Positions 19,638 to 29,593 of a DNA stretch of 64,000 bases are shown here, piece by piece. Position numbers and translations under genes: made by a program. The DNA comes from Candidatus Poribacteria bacterium. GTDB lineage: Bacteria; Poribacteria; WGA-4E; PCPOR2b. Location: positions 2,592,001 through 2,656,000 of the forward strand of contig OZ220744.1 of assembly GCA_965116925.1 (NCBI GenBank), written 5' to 3'. How positions within the stretch are numbered: the first letter of the stretch is position 1; the number at the start of each line of letters is the position of its first letter. The notes under the pieces were generated by a model. The model was not told where the DNA came from and made no database searches. It saw only the letters and a program-made list of their open reading frames with translations.

Positions 19638-20483
19638 ATGCGACCTTACATTGATGTCCATTGTCATATCGGTATGAGCATAACGTATGACCCGATTGCG
19701 GGGCAGAGCACGGGGCTCTGTCTAGGACGGATGGCTTCAGCAGGGATCGCCGCTGCGATCATTGGACCGACTGCGGTGGGTAGCCCACAGGCGCGGGGGC
19801 TGCTTGATACACGGGATCAGAATGAGGTGATTTCCAGAGCGTGTCGTCAATTCCCGGATCGTTTCCCGATTGGGCTTGCGCTGATTGAGTTGCGCCATGG
19901 GAGTGCTGGCGTGGAAGCGTTGGAACAGGCACTGGCGGCAGGCGGTCTGACGGGGGTTATGTGGCATCCGGGCGGTGTATCACCCGAAAAGCGACTTTAC
20001 CCGTTTCTCGAAGTGGCAGCGATGTGGAAAGGGCTTTGTCTTTTACATGAAACGCCTGCGAGGACAGCGTCGTTAGCGCGTCGTTTTCCTGATCTGACCT
20101 TTATTCAACACGCTGGCACAGAAGCGACGGAACGTTGTGGTGCTTTAGAAAATGTCTGGTTTGAGGTTGTGCAGAGACCGAAAGGACAGGATTCCAACTG
20201 GGATTTCTCCCAATTGATTAACCAAGTGGGGGAGGAGCGGTTGATGTTCGGCGGGGATGCGCCCTACTATGATTATCGTGTGCTTCAAGCTGATTTGGAG
20301 GCGGCGGACATTGACGAGGGAAGCCGTGATCGGATTGCTTATCAAAATGCTGTGACTTTGATTCAGCGGTTCCGCCCGGATTGGGAGCTGCCGACGGAGA
20401 GACTCTCGCCGCCGCAGATTTATACGGGGGCGGAACTCTGGACAGCCGAAAATGAGAGGTTATGTTTAGTAGATACTGTTTGA
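19638..20483 (+). CDS. Amidohydrolase_2 family metal-dependent hydrolase
   Basis: IDVHCH, MFGGDAP, IAYQNA; start ATG 19638 after GAGG. Confidence 0.85.
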   Translation: MRPYIDVHCHIGMSITYDPIAGQSTGLCLGRMASAGIAAAIIGPTAVGSPQARGLLDTRDQNEVISRACRQFPDRFPIGLALIELRHGSAGVEALEQALAAGGLTGVMWHPGGVSPEKRLYPFLEVAAMWKGLCLLHETPARTASLARRFPDLTFIQHAGTEATERCGALENVWFEVVQRPKGQDSNWDFSQLINQVGEERLMFGGDAPYYDYRVLQADLEAADIDEGSRDRIAYQNAVTLIQRFRPDWELPTERLSPPQIYTGAELWTAENERLCLVDTV

Positions 20484-20500
20484 CGGAGATGTGATTAGTT

Positions 20501-20842
20501 ATGTTCGGAAGAGGACCTAAGTCATTTCGACTTTTTCGTTTTCTTTATCACCTGCCAAATTTCGTAAGGCTGGCGTGGCGGTTATTTTGGGATCCGCGTG
20601 TCCCGATTTACCGGAAAGCAATTCTCGTCATCTTTGAGGCGCTTGCGATCGCATTCGCAATAGGCTACTTCCTGTTTTTGCGCTTGGATTTTCTTCCCGA
20701 TATTTTTCCGATTCTCGGATATACCGACGATCTAATTATTGGGTTATTCCTGATACTGGTGCCCGGCGCGTGGCTGTTCATCAAATTTGCGCCGCAAGAT
20801 ATTGTGCAGGAGCATGTTGATCGGATTTCGCAGGGCAATTAA
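20501..20842 (+). CDS. YkvA/DUF1232 family small membrane protein
   Basis: DPRVP...K, DFLPDIFPILGYTDD motif. Confidence 0.85.
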   Translation: MFGRGPKSFRLFRFLYHLPNFVRLAWRLFWDPRVPIYRKAILVIFEALAIAFAIGYFLFLRLDFLPDIFPILGYTDDLIIGLFLILVPGAWLFIKFAPQDIVQEHVDRISQGN

Positions 20843-20846
20843 CCTG

Positions 20847-21542
20847 TTAGCCATCAACGGTTCGGGCATTTTCCATCAGTTGCTCTAGCTTACCCCGATC
20901 ACGAATCCCTTTCGACGCTTCCACCCCCGAACAGAGATCTACCCCGTAGGGACGGACGGTTTCGATCGCCCTCCGGACGTTCTCAGGACGGATGCCGCCG
21001 GACAGGAACGCTGGCACCTTACAGGTTTGGATAAGCTGTGCGCTCAGATTCCAATCGCTCTGCTTGCCGGTGCCGCCGAACCGGGCTTTTCCGTCGGTGA
21101 ATTCTGCGGTGTCGAACAGCAGGGCGTCTGCACCTGCGTTGATGTGTGCTTCTATCTGTGCGGAGATGGCTTGGACATCTGCTGCGGGATCGTTTTCAGT
21201 GGGCAGAAACAGCGACTTCCAAACCTCACAGGATAGAGATCCCTTGAGTTCAGCTACTTGGGTGGGGGGCTCATGTCCAAGCAGCTGAACTGCAAACGGT
21301 TTAATTTGCGCCACCGCTTCTTTGACCCAATCTGTTGGGCGGTCAAACACAAGGATAACCGTCAAGATGGGTGTCTGGCGTGCGATGTCTGCGGCGGAAT
21401 TGATGGGGACGGATCGCTCAGAGAAGGGCACTTCGACGACCACACCTGAATAATCTGCGCCGGCGTCTGCTGCCATTCGCGCATCGGCTATGCTTGCTGT
21501 ACCGCAGATCTTGATCTTGCATCGGTTGGAAGTCATAGGCAT
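20847..21542 (-). CDS. trpF: Phosphoribosylanthranilate isomerase
   Basis: KIKICG, LLFDT, FGGTGK..DW, LSGGIRPENV, GVDLCSGVE; exact start uncertain (21542 or 21536). Confidence 0.85.
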   Translation of the reverse strand: MPMTSNRCKIKICGTASIADARMAADAGADYSGVVVEVPFSERSVPINSAADIARQTPILTVILVFDRPTDWVKEAVAQIKPFAVQLLGHEPPTQVAELKGSLSCEVWKSLFLPTENDPAADVQAISAQIEAHINAGADALLFDTAEFTDGKARFGGTGKQSDWNLSAQLIQTCKVPAFLSGGIRPENVRRAIETVRPYGVDLCSGVEASKGIRDRGKLEQLMENARTVDG

Positions 21543-21638
21543 CTGTCCTAAAGTAGTAGGTACATGGCTTTGCATCCCGATTCATCGGGGCACCGTGTGC
21601 CGTAACTCCGCGAACATGAATCGAAATAAGAATCTTCG

Positions 21639-22007
21639 CTATTCGTCCTCGACGAAGACGGTTTGCCTATCGCCGGTGGAGTAGCAGATAATCATCATAA
21701 CAGGCTGCCAGCCGGTGTTGACCGCGTTGTGTTCGACGCCCTGCGGTATTCGCAGCATGCTTCCTTCTGTCAAGGGGATAACATCGTCACCCAGTTGGTG
21801 GTCGCATTGTCCCGAAAGGACGTAAATCAGTTCTTCGCAGTTCGGGTGGTAGTGGAGGGGATTGCCCTCGCCGGCGTTGAGGTACACGAGTCCGAATGTC
21901 ATTTCTGCGTCCGGATCAATCTGGTCGTTGCAGAGCCATTTGATCGCACCCCAAGGGAATTGAAGGGCTTCGCCTTCGTTGGCGTTGGTAACCGTTGCTG
22001 AGCTCAT
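21639..22007 (-). CDS. Cupin domain protein
   Basis: HYHPNCEELIYVLSG and IPQGVEH cupin motifs; start 22007 after AGGAG. Confidence 0.88.
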   Translation of the reverse strand: MSSATVTNANEGEALQFPWGAIKWLCNDQIDPDAEMTFGLVYLNAGEGNPLHYHPNCEELIYVLSGQCDHQLGDDVIPLTEGSMLRIPQGVEHNAVNTGWQPVMMIICYSTGDRQTVFVEDE

Positions 22008-22075
22008 GGTGTTCTCCTTAATTGGTTCATTTGTGTTGGGTTTCACTGTCGTTCAACCCAACCTACGATACTTAC

Positions 22076-22314
22076 TAGTAGATTTTAGAATTAATAGGAC
22101 ACACCAAACCGGTGCGGTTACAAACCGCACCTACCGTTCTTCTATTTGGTAGGCGCTGTTTCTAACTGCGCCGATGCAGTACCGGTGCGGTTAGGAAAAT
22201 GAAACTACCGTTCTTCTGTTTGGTAGGCGCTGTTTCTAACTGCGCCGATGCGGTGCGGTTACAAACCGCACCTACCGGGGGGCGCAAGTGTTTCTTTATT
22301 TTTTGAATTCACTA
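22076..22314. mobile_element. MITE family B (TAGTGAATTC/TAGTRGAT ends), compound copy with several REP units
   Basis: 27-bp imperfect TIRs shared with 23108-23211, 39686-39850, from 57745, 62200-62296 and 62901-62999. Confidence 0.75.
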
Positions 22315-22323
22315 TAATTGGTA

Positions 22324-23073
22324 TTAGATTCCTAGGGTGTTACGCATGTATTGACAGCTCATGGTGGCACTTTCTTTTGGTGTTTTGTCCGTCCTATCTT
22401 GTTCGACCGTCAACCACTCTGCGTCGATTTCGCTGACCGCTTCCATTATAGCTGCCCAATCGAGGATCCCGTGTCCGACTTCTCCGAAGGAGCCATCGGG
22501 GTTCATGTCCTTGAAGTGGAGATAGGCAACCCTATCGGCGTATTGCTTCAGGAAGGCGGCGGGATCTTCACCACCGTGCTGGACCCAATAGGTGTCCACG
22601 CAGGCGTGAACGAGTTTCGGATCTGTTGAGTCATAGAGCGTAACGAGTCCGTTCGTTCCGCCGAAGTCTTTGAATTCCCAACTGTGGTTGTGGTAGCAGA
22701 ACTTGATTCCTGCGTCGTTACAACGACGCCCAACATCGTTAAAGACGTCCGCTGAACGTTGGTAATCTTCGAGCGTATCTTGTCCACCGACGCCGGAGAC
22801 CATCAAGTAGTCGGATCCCATCGTTTCGGTGAATCGAATGGTTTCCTCAAACTGCTCGATGCTGCCGTAGCCTGTATGGACGCCTGCCAGTTCCAAGTTG
22901 TGCGATGCTAGCAGTGCTTTTGTCTCTTCAGGGGTGCGGCTGCCGTCATTAAGATTGCCGGCTTCTATTCCGTCATAGCCTGCCGCTGCCAGTTCGGTGA
23001 GGACGCCGGGGAGATCGGTATTCTGGCGAGAGCCGTAGATAATCAAGCCGCAGCCGATTTTGTATTTGCTCAT
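22324..23073 (-). CDS. Sugar phosphate isomerase/epimerase (xylose isomerase-like TIM barrel)
   Basis: GYDGIE, CYHNHSWEF, DTYW, LHFKD, VEQD; start 23073 after GGAG. Confidence 0.88.
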   Translation of the reverse strand: MSKYKIGCGLIIYGSRQNTDLPGVLTELAAAGYDGIEAGNLNDGSRTPEETKALLASHNLELAGVHTGYGSIEQFEETIRFTETMGSDYLMVSGVGGQDTLEDYQRSADVFNDVGRRCNDAGIKFCYHNHSWEFKDFGGTNGLVTLYDSTDPKLVHACVDTYWVQHGGEDPAAFLKQYADRVAYLHFKDMNPDGSFGEVGHGILDWAAIMEAVSEIDAEWLTVEQDRTDKTPKESATMSCQYMRNTLGI

Positions 23074-23107
23074 GGTTAATCTCCGGAGTTGGTTCATTGG
23101 TTGATTA

Positions 23108-23211
23108 TAGTGGACATCAGAATTAATGAGACGCTCCAAATCGGCGCAGTTGAAAACAGCACCTACCAAATATGGAGAGCGAAGGTGTTCATTTATTTTT
23201 TGAATTCACTA
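23108..23211. mobile_element. MITE family B copy
   Basis: Same TIRs and GTAGGTGC..TT..AAC..GC core. Confidence 0.75.
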
Positions 23212-23215
23212 TAGT

Positions 23216-24823
23216 TTATGGGTTCATCACCGTTACTTCTTCGCCATCTTTGAGGGTGTGCTGCCCGGCGATGACCACTTGTTCCCCTTCAGAAATACCG
23301 TTGGTAATCTCCACGCGGCTGCCTTCAGCCAACCCCATCTCGACCTGCCGGCGTTTGCTACGGCCATCGGCAACCACGAACACAATTTGGGTGTTTCTGA
23401 TGCTATCTTCAATCACCGCAGAACGTGGGAGTAGAATGGCGTTTTCGTGAATTTCTACCGGAATCTTGACCTTCGCGAACATGCCGGGCTTCAAACGCAG
23501 ATCTGCGTTGTCTATCGCAATTTCGACCTTTGCCGATCGACTTGCCTGATCGAGGGTGGGGCTGATAAGGGAGATTTTTCCGGTGACATGGTGTGTCAAC
23601 GCATCGACCTCGATCCACGCCTCCTGATTTTCGGGATCGAGTTTACTCAGATCCGCTTCGATGACGCTGACCGCCGCTTTCACGGTATCCATATCGACGA
23701 TCTCGAATATCGGGGCAGCGGGAGATGCCAGCCCACCCAGATCCAGATAACGCATGGACAGGATGCCGGCAATCGGTGCTGTGATTGTTGCGTCGCTGAG
23801 CCGTTCTTGTGCGAGATCGAGCGCGATCTTTGCTTGCTGCATTGCGGTTTCAGCGGCAATGATTTCTGCTTCCCAACTTTTGGCGGCTGCTAACGCTTCA
23901 GCAGCGTTGAGGGTTGCATGTGCTCCCTCTACTTGGGACTGCGCCAATGCTTTATCTTTTTCCCATGTTTTCGTGTCCGCTTGCGCGTAAGCGAGTTTCA
24001 GGGTAGCTTCAGCCTGCGCCACTTGTGCCTCCATTGCTTGGATGTCTTCTTCCCGTGCGCCGTTTTGGATAAGTGCGCTTTGTTCGTTAGCAACCTCATA
24101 TTGCGAGTTGGCGATATCGAGTTGGGTTTTTGCGGATTCAAAGGATTGTTTGCTGATTGCGCCGTTCTCAAAGAGCTGTTTCATGCGTTTATGGTTGTTC
24201 TGTGCGTTGGTGAGGCTTGCCTTTGCTCCAGCCAACGCGGCTTCTGCCTGCCTGAGATCTTCATCTCGCGCGCCGCGCCTAATCTTTTCTAAATTTGCCT
24301 TGAGGGATTCCAAGCCAGCCCGTGCCTGTTCGACCTGTGAGGTGGTGCGGGTTTGCGATAGATCTTCCACCTGCTGTAGAGCAACGACAGCAGATCTCAG
24401 CTGCGCGCTTGCCTGATCGATTTGGGATTGGACACGAATTTTGGCTAACTTCTGTGCTTGATCAAAAGCGGTTTGGGCAGCCCGATGTGCTGCTTCGGCT
24501 TGACGCACTTGAAGCGCTAATTCCGCATGTTCAATGACTGCGAGGGTTTGTCCTTTTGTGACTCGTGCTCCTTCGTCAACGCCCATTTTGATAATTTTGC
24601 CGGGGACTTCGGGAAAGACGGTCACCCGTGAGTTTGCTTCAATCGTGCCAGACAGTTGCAGCTCGGATCGGATTTCGCCGCGAGGTGCTTTTAGGATCTC
24701 GACTGCTTTGATTGTTGCAGCGACTGCTTCAGTATCACTGCTTTGTTGCCTAGTGGCAGATCTGATGAAAATCGCTGCGAGAGCGATTATGATTATTAGT
24801 ATGATAATCCCGATTTTTTTCAC
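23216..24823 (-). CDS. RND efflux periplasmic adaptor (MFP) with long coiled coil
   Basis: N-terminal anchor, lipoyl half-motifs, ITAPIAG, LKPGMFAKV, ILLPRSAV. Confidence 0.92.
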   Translation of the reverse strand: MKKIGIIILIIIIALAAIFIRSATRQQSSDTEAVAATIKAVEILKAPRGEIRSELQLSGTIEANSRVTVFPEVPGKIIKMGVDEGARVTKGQTLAVIEHAELALQVRQAEAAHRAAQTAFDQAQKLAKIRVQSQIDQASAQLRSAVVALQQVEDLSQTRTTSQVEQARAGLESLKANLEKIRRGARDEDLRQAEAALAGAKASLTNAQNNHKRMKQLFENGAISKQSFESAKTQLDIANSQYEVANEQSALIQNGAREEDIQAMEAQVAQAEATLKLAYAQADTKTWEKDKALAQSQVEGAHATLNAAEALAAAKSWEAEIIAAETAMQQAKIALDLAQERLSDATITAPIAGILSMRYLDLGGLASPAAPIFEIVDMDTVKAAVSVIEADLSKLDPENQEAWIEVDALTHHVTGKISLISPTLDQASRSAKVEIAIDNADLRLKPGMFAKVKIPVEIHENAILLPRSAVIEDSIRNTQIVFVVADGRSKRRQVEMGLAEGSRVEITNGISEGEQVVIAGQHTLKDGEEVTVMNP

Positions 24824-24971
24824 TTTCTAGCCTCCGTGCTAGTTCATTAGTTCATTTGTGTTGGGTTTCACGATTACCGTTCAACCCAACCTACAATACT
24901 AGTCATTAGTTCATTAGTTCATTTGTGTTGGGTTTCACTATCGTTCAACCCAACCTACAATATTCTATGTT

Positions 24972-25046
24972 GGCTCATAGCATGAAGAGAAACCGAGTTT
25001 TTTCTTGAAAACTCGGTTTCTGTTGCACGATTTCTTTACATGAGCC
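24972..25046. mobile_element. MITE family A copy
   Basis: GGCTCAT...CATGAGCC, flanks TCTATGTT/TCTATGCT; cargo AACCGAGTTTT..AAAACTCGGTT. Confidence 0.7.
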
Positions 25047-25053
25047 TCTATGC

Positions 25054-26280
25054 TTATTGGGTAGTTTGGTGGGACATATCTGAGATAAGGGCTTGGACCT
25101 CTGTTTCCAATTCCAGCGTGATGTCCTGTACCGTCTGCTTTTTGTCCTGTTTGTAGGTTTCATAGCGGTCAAGCAGGTTCTTGGGCGTCCCAAAACGCAT
25201 TAACGCTATCCGGGGGCCCCTCGGCTTTGAATCCCCAAAAACTTCTCTCTCGATCCGGGTGATGACCTCCAAGAACCGTTCTGGCGATTGCGTTTCACCG
25301 ACGTAACCGTCGTAGATGGCGATAAAATTGAACAGGCGGTTTAGGTCCGGATAGAATTCCTGAAATTTTTCCAATCGCTGTTCGTGTATCTGCCTTTCGT
25401 AAGTAGAGAGTTCTTCGGTTTCCCTGTAAATCTCTGCATCAATTATGTTTTTCAAGGAGCGGACTCGCGTCATGGGGAGGACGGTTGGTTGTGGGGTAAC
25501 TCCCATAAACTCCTCCATCTGTGAGAGAATATGTTCGCGCAACTGTTCAATCCGCTCGTTCAATAACCTGTTTTCATCAGCTTTAAATTTGTATTCTCGT
25601 TCCAGTATTGACACTATGGCAGCACCAATCGTCCGCAGTCGTCCGTACAGATCTTCAGCGGTGGCTGCCCCTTGCGGCAGAATCTCTCGCTCCAATCTGG
25701 CGAGTGCCGCCTCAATTTCGCCCCACATCTCCTCGTCGTAGATATACTTGATTCCAACTGGCACAGCATATAGGGGTTTGACCGCGTCTGCTTTTACCAT
25801 GTCGTCCAATGCCCAGAAGCAGAGTTGGACAACGCCGCTTTCAAACGGTAACACCGTATCGTTCTGGCGTGAGATTTCGCCTTCGGCAAAGATGACCAAC
25901 GGGTGTTTTCCGTCTGTCAGAAGACTGCGTGTCGTCCGAAACGCTTCTCGATCGATACTACCGCGTACCACGGAGTATACCCCAAACCGCTGCATGAGAT
26001 AACTTCTGATTCGACCTTTGAATGTTTCCCGCGCACACATATAGTGAAACTGATCTCCCAACCGTTTCGATAGTGCGAACATGATGGAAGCATCAGCGTA
26101 GTCGGCGTGGTTGGGGACCAAGACCATCGGGTGATTTGCGATGGATCTTAACTGTTCCAGCGTTTCAGGGTCGATAACGAATTTAGAGATCTTTAGCGGA
26201 CCTCGCAGGACAAGAGGCACTAGCCATTGAGCGACCCTGATGAGAAGCGCGTTTGGTTTGGGCGGCTTGAAGTCTAGCAT
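25054..26280 (-). CDS. PlsC-like lysophospholipid acyltransferase, long form
   Basis: NHADYAD (HxxxxD) and IFAEGE motifs. Confidence 0.88.
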   Translation of the reverse strand: MLDFKPPKPNALLIRVAQWLVPLVLRGPLKISKFVIDPETLEQLRSIANHPMVLVPNHADYADASIMFALSKRLGDQFHYMCARETFKGRIRSYLMQRFGVYSVVRGSIDREAFRTTRSLLTDGKHPLVIFAEGEISRQNDTVLPFESGVVQLCFWALDDMVKADAVKPLYAVPVGIKYIYDEEMWGEIEAALARLEREILPQGAATAEDLYGRLRTIGAAIVSILEREYKFKADENRLLNERIEQLREHILSQMEEFMGVTPQPTVLPMTRVRSLKNIIDAEIYRETEELSTYERQIHEQRLEKFQEFYPDLNRLFNFIAIYDGYVGETQSPERFLEVITRIEREVFGDSKPRGPRIALMRFGTPKNLLDRYETYKQDKKQTVQDITLELETEVQALISDMSHQTTQ

Positions 26281-26298
26281 TTTGATTGGTTCGTTGGT

Positions 26299-27726
26299 TC
26301 AATTGTCTATTGGCATTTTTTGACCGATTGCTTTTTCCAATCGGGCGAGACCCACGGCGTAGTCGTGCAAGGATTGGAGGCGATTCACCTCCGCTTGTGA
26401 AAGTGCGAGTTGTGCGTCGGTCAGTTCAACACTGGTGATCATCCCGTTTTCGTAGCGCAAGTTTGCGATTCGTACGCTCTCTTGGGCTTGCTCAACCGTT
26501 TCGCGCTGGACATCAATTAGTGTTTTTGCCTCAAGCAGATTGAGATACGCAGATCTAACCTCTAGCTCGATGGCATCGGTCATTTGCTGCTTCCCAAGCT
26601 GTGTCTGTTTCAGACTGGATTCAGCCTGTTTCACGGCAGCCCGTGTCGCCAAACCGTCGAAGATCGGGACATTGAGTGCGAACCCGACATTCCAAATCCG
26701 GTTCATCTCTATGAGCCTTTCGTTGTGGTCGAGTTGATAATTGCTAAAAAAGGAGAGAGCGGGACGGCTGCGGGTCTTGGCGACATCAACCTGTTTTTTG
26801 GCGGCACCCTCGGTGAATTGCAACTGATGGAGTTCCGGTCGTTTGTCCATCGCCTGTTGGATGAGCTGTGCAAGGTCAAATTCGAGTATCGGCTGCTCCA
26901 AGTTACCTTGTACCTCAATCGGGTCGCTGAGATCGATGTTCAGTACATTTTTATAGACATCCATAGCGACCCGTTCACCATTCTTGGCGCGGATCAGGTT
27001 GGATCTGGCGTTGGCTAATAACACCTCTGCACGCAGGATATCAAAATTAGTAGACGCACCCGCCTCAAAGAGGTTTTGGGCAATCTTTAACTGTTTCTCG
27101 ACAAGCTCAACGGCCTGTTCGGAAACCTGAACAAATTCAAGTGACAGAAGGACGCGGTAGAAAGCCTCTGAAACATCAAGCACTAACTGGTTGTAAGCTG
27201 CATCTAACTCCTTGTGCGCTGCTTCCAAGCTAAGTTTTGCGCTTTGATAGTTTTTGTAGTAACGTCCCCAAGCAAAGATCGGTTGGTTTAGGGTCAGGTC
27301 CGCTTGGAAGTTGTGGTGCGCCCCAAATTCCAGTTCAATGACACTTTCACTGTCATCACCCACGCTAGGGAAGGGGGACATCTCTCCCCCTGCGCCGGGC
27401 GGTCCAAATGCACCGCCCGCTTCAAGGACGGATTTTGGGAGAGCTCCGGCGTATCTATAGGTGCTGTTGATTGAGACATTCGGCAGCAATCCCGCATGTG
27501 CAGCACGGACCTGTGCTTCCGCAGATTTCACGCGCTCCTGAGTCGTTTGGATCGACAGATTGGTTTGTCGGGCGATTTGGATGCTATCTTCAAGCGTCAA
27601 GGTTTTTGACGCTTGTGCGGATACAGTGCTGGTCAATAGCAGTATTAATACAGATATTCCGATGAAAAAATGTTGTTGGAGCAGTCGTGAAACGTGATGC
27701 GTGAAACGTGAAGGGCGTTCCCCCAT
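26299..27726 (-). CDS. TolC family outer membrane efflux protein
   Basis: LTLEDSIQIA, two OEP repeats, RYENG...ELTDAQ, ARLEKAIG. Confidence 0.92.
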   Translation of the reverse strand: MGERPSRFTHHVSRLLQQHFFIGISVLILLLTSTVSAQASKTLTLEDSIQIARQTNLSIQTTQERVKSAEAQVRAAHAGLLPNVSINSTYRYAGALPKSVLEAGGAFGPPGAGGEMSPFPSVGDDSESVIELEFGAHHNFQADLTLNQPIFAWGRYYKNYQSAKLSLEAAHKELDAAYNQLVLDVSEAFYRVLLSLEFVQVSEQAVELVEKQLKIAQNLFEAGASTNFDILRAEVLLANARSNLIRAKNGERVAMDVYKNVLNIDLSDPIEVQGNLEQPILEFDLAQLIQQAMDKRPELHQLQFTEGAAKKQVDVAKTRSRPALSFFSNYQLDHNERLIEMNRIWNVGFALNVPIFDGLATRAAVKQAESSLKQTQLGKQQMTDAIELEVRSAYLNLLEAKTLIDVQRETVEQAQESVRIANLRYENGMITSVELTDAQLALSQAEVNRLQSLHDYAVGLARLEKAIGQKMPIDN

Positions 27727-27820
27727 TCTTTTCTCCTCTGTTCAATTTTCAGTGTGCTCAGTAGATTTCAATCAGACGTTTCAATTGTATTAGATGGCAC
27801 ACAAATTACGTGATTTTTGT

Positions 27821-27975
27821 TTACAATAATCTGTCCACTTCCTCAGCATCGTGGGGATTATTCACAATTCCGATAACAATCGCATAAACGAAGGTGTAAT
27901 ACGCCCGCATCAGGTGGGCAAATGCCTGTTCATCTCCAGATTAGCATGAGAAATGAGTATTTTGTCGTTAGCCAC
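27821..27975 (-). pseudogene. Frameshifted, truncated ECF sigma factor remnant
   Basis: GGAGG then GTG: (M)ANDKILISHA / frameshift / SGDEQAFAHLMRAYYTFVYAIVIGIVNNPHDAEEV, then early stop. Confidence 0.75.
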
Positions 27976-28061
27976 TGTTGTGATGCCTCCCTTGCACTTT
28001 ATCAAAACACCGTTCTGTGATTTTTTCTAGCACTTTTCTCCTGAAAAGGGTTGGCACTCAA

Positions 28062-29405
28062 CTACTCAAGCCGTGCCTCGATCCGTTTGATGATATCTTC
28101 TTTTGTGAGGGATTGCTCTAAGTTCATCACATAGACACCAAGGTTTTCGGAGCTGTCGCTTTGCCCAACAAATACAATTCGTGTGCCATCGGGAGTAAAG
28201 ATTGGATCAGTATTGATGAGTTCATTGTTAGTAAGTTGCCTCTGATTTTTACCATCTGTATCCATCATGATAATTTCGGTATCGCCATCTCTGTAGGAGT
28301 CAAAAATTATCTGTGTGCCGTCGGGAGAAAAGGCAGGATGTGCATTAATCGCTGGATCATCGGTTAATTTTGTGAAGTTGCTCCCATCACTGTCAATCAT
28401 ACAGATTTGGCTGGAAATGCCGAGGGGCCCACCTACGGCATAGGCGGCAAATGCGATCCGCGCTCCGTCCGGCGAGAATGCTGGACCGTGATTATTGGTT
28501 CGGGTCTGGGTTAATTGCTTTTGATTCGCGCCGTCTGCGTCCATGATAAAGATCTCGCTATTTATGCCAGTTCTGTTCGATTCAAAGGCGATTTTGCTGC
28601 CGTCGGGCGAAAAGGTCGGATTGCTATCCGTGGCGGTATTGGCTGTCAATCGCTCATTTGATTTTGTGTCAATATCTATGACGAAAATTTCGTCGTTGGG
28701 GTTGTGCCAACGGATAAAAGAAACATAGGCGACTTTCTTGCCATCAGGGGACAGAGCGGGGTTGTAATCGGCGGTGTCGTTGAAGGTCAGCCTCTGCCTG
28801 TTTTCGCCATTAATATCGGCGATGTTCATGACATAGATTTCGTTGTTGTCGTCAACGTATGCGGTGAAAGCAAGCGTGTCGGCAGCGGTTGAGACATCAT
28901 GGATTTGGACATAGTTGGGGGTCAAGCGGATGCTTGGGTGGGAATCGCCGGTGAGTCTGCCAATTTTTTGGATCCAATCTTCCTGTTGTGAATTCTGTAA
29001 AATGTTCAAAAACGCACGCAGCGCAAATCGCTCGTGTCCGGCCGCCATGTATGCTTCTCCCAACGCGAGTTGGATATCCATGCGTTTCGGTGCGGCCCTC
29101 GCAGCGGTTCTCAGGGATTCGATTGCCTCGGTGTGTTGGTCTAGCTGCAGATATGCCAGTCCCAGTTGATAATGGGCTTCTGGGTTATCGGGTGCTTCTT
29201 CTAACAACCGTTGAAAATATGCTGCCGCTCCCGAATAATCGCCGGCTGCGATGAATCCTTTGCCTTTTTTGATGGCTGCGTCTTCTCCACAGCCGACTAC
29301 CAACGACAAAAGGATGAGGCATAGGGAAATCGTGAAACGTGATGCGTGAAACGTGATGCGTGATAGATAAGTTGGAGTGCCGGGGTTATGTTGGTTCATT
29401 GGCAT
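28062..29405 (-). CDS. Lipoprotein with TPR repeats and a TolB-like propeller
   Basis: Lipobox LVVGC; TPRs (PDNPEAHYQLGLAY); FSPDG repeats. Confidence 0.88.
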   Translation of the reverse strand: MPMNQHNPGTPTYLSRITFHASRFTISLCLILLSLVVGCGEDAAIKKGKGFIAAGDYSGAAAYFQRLLEEAPDNPEAHYQLGLAYLQLDQHTEAIESLRTAARAAPKRMDIQLALGEAYMAAGHERFALRAFLNILQNSQQEDWIQKIGRLTGDSHPSIRLTPNYVQIHDVSTAADTLAFTAYVDDNNEIYVMNIADINGENRQRLTFNDTADYNPALSPDGKKVAYVSFIRWHNPNDEIFVIDIDTKSNERLTANTATDSNPTFSPDGSKIAFESNRTGINSEIFIMDADGANQKQLTQTRTNNHGPAFSPDGARIAFAAYAVGGPLGISSQICMIDSDGSNFTKLTDDPAINAHPAFSPDGTQIIFDSYRDGDTEIIMMDTDGKNQRQLTNNELINTDPIFTPDGTRIVFVGQSDSSENLGVYVMNLEQSLTKEDIIKRIEARLE

Positions 29406-29593
29406 ATTAGTTCATTGGTTCATTGAATAGGTGAACCCTTGTCTGAATCAGGATATTTAGGATTTAAGGATTTACAGGATAGGGAGCGTGAAACGTAATG
29501 CGTAATAGGTAAGAAAAAACGGAACGCAGATCTGCGTTCCCTACGAATTACATTTATTACACTAAACCACCTGATAAGTATATCGGCTGCTTC

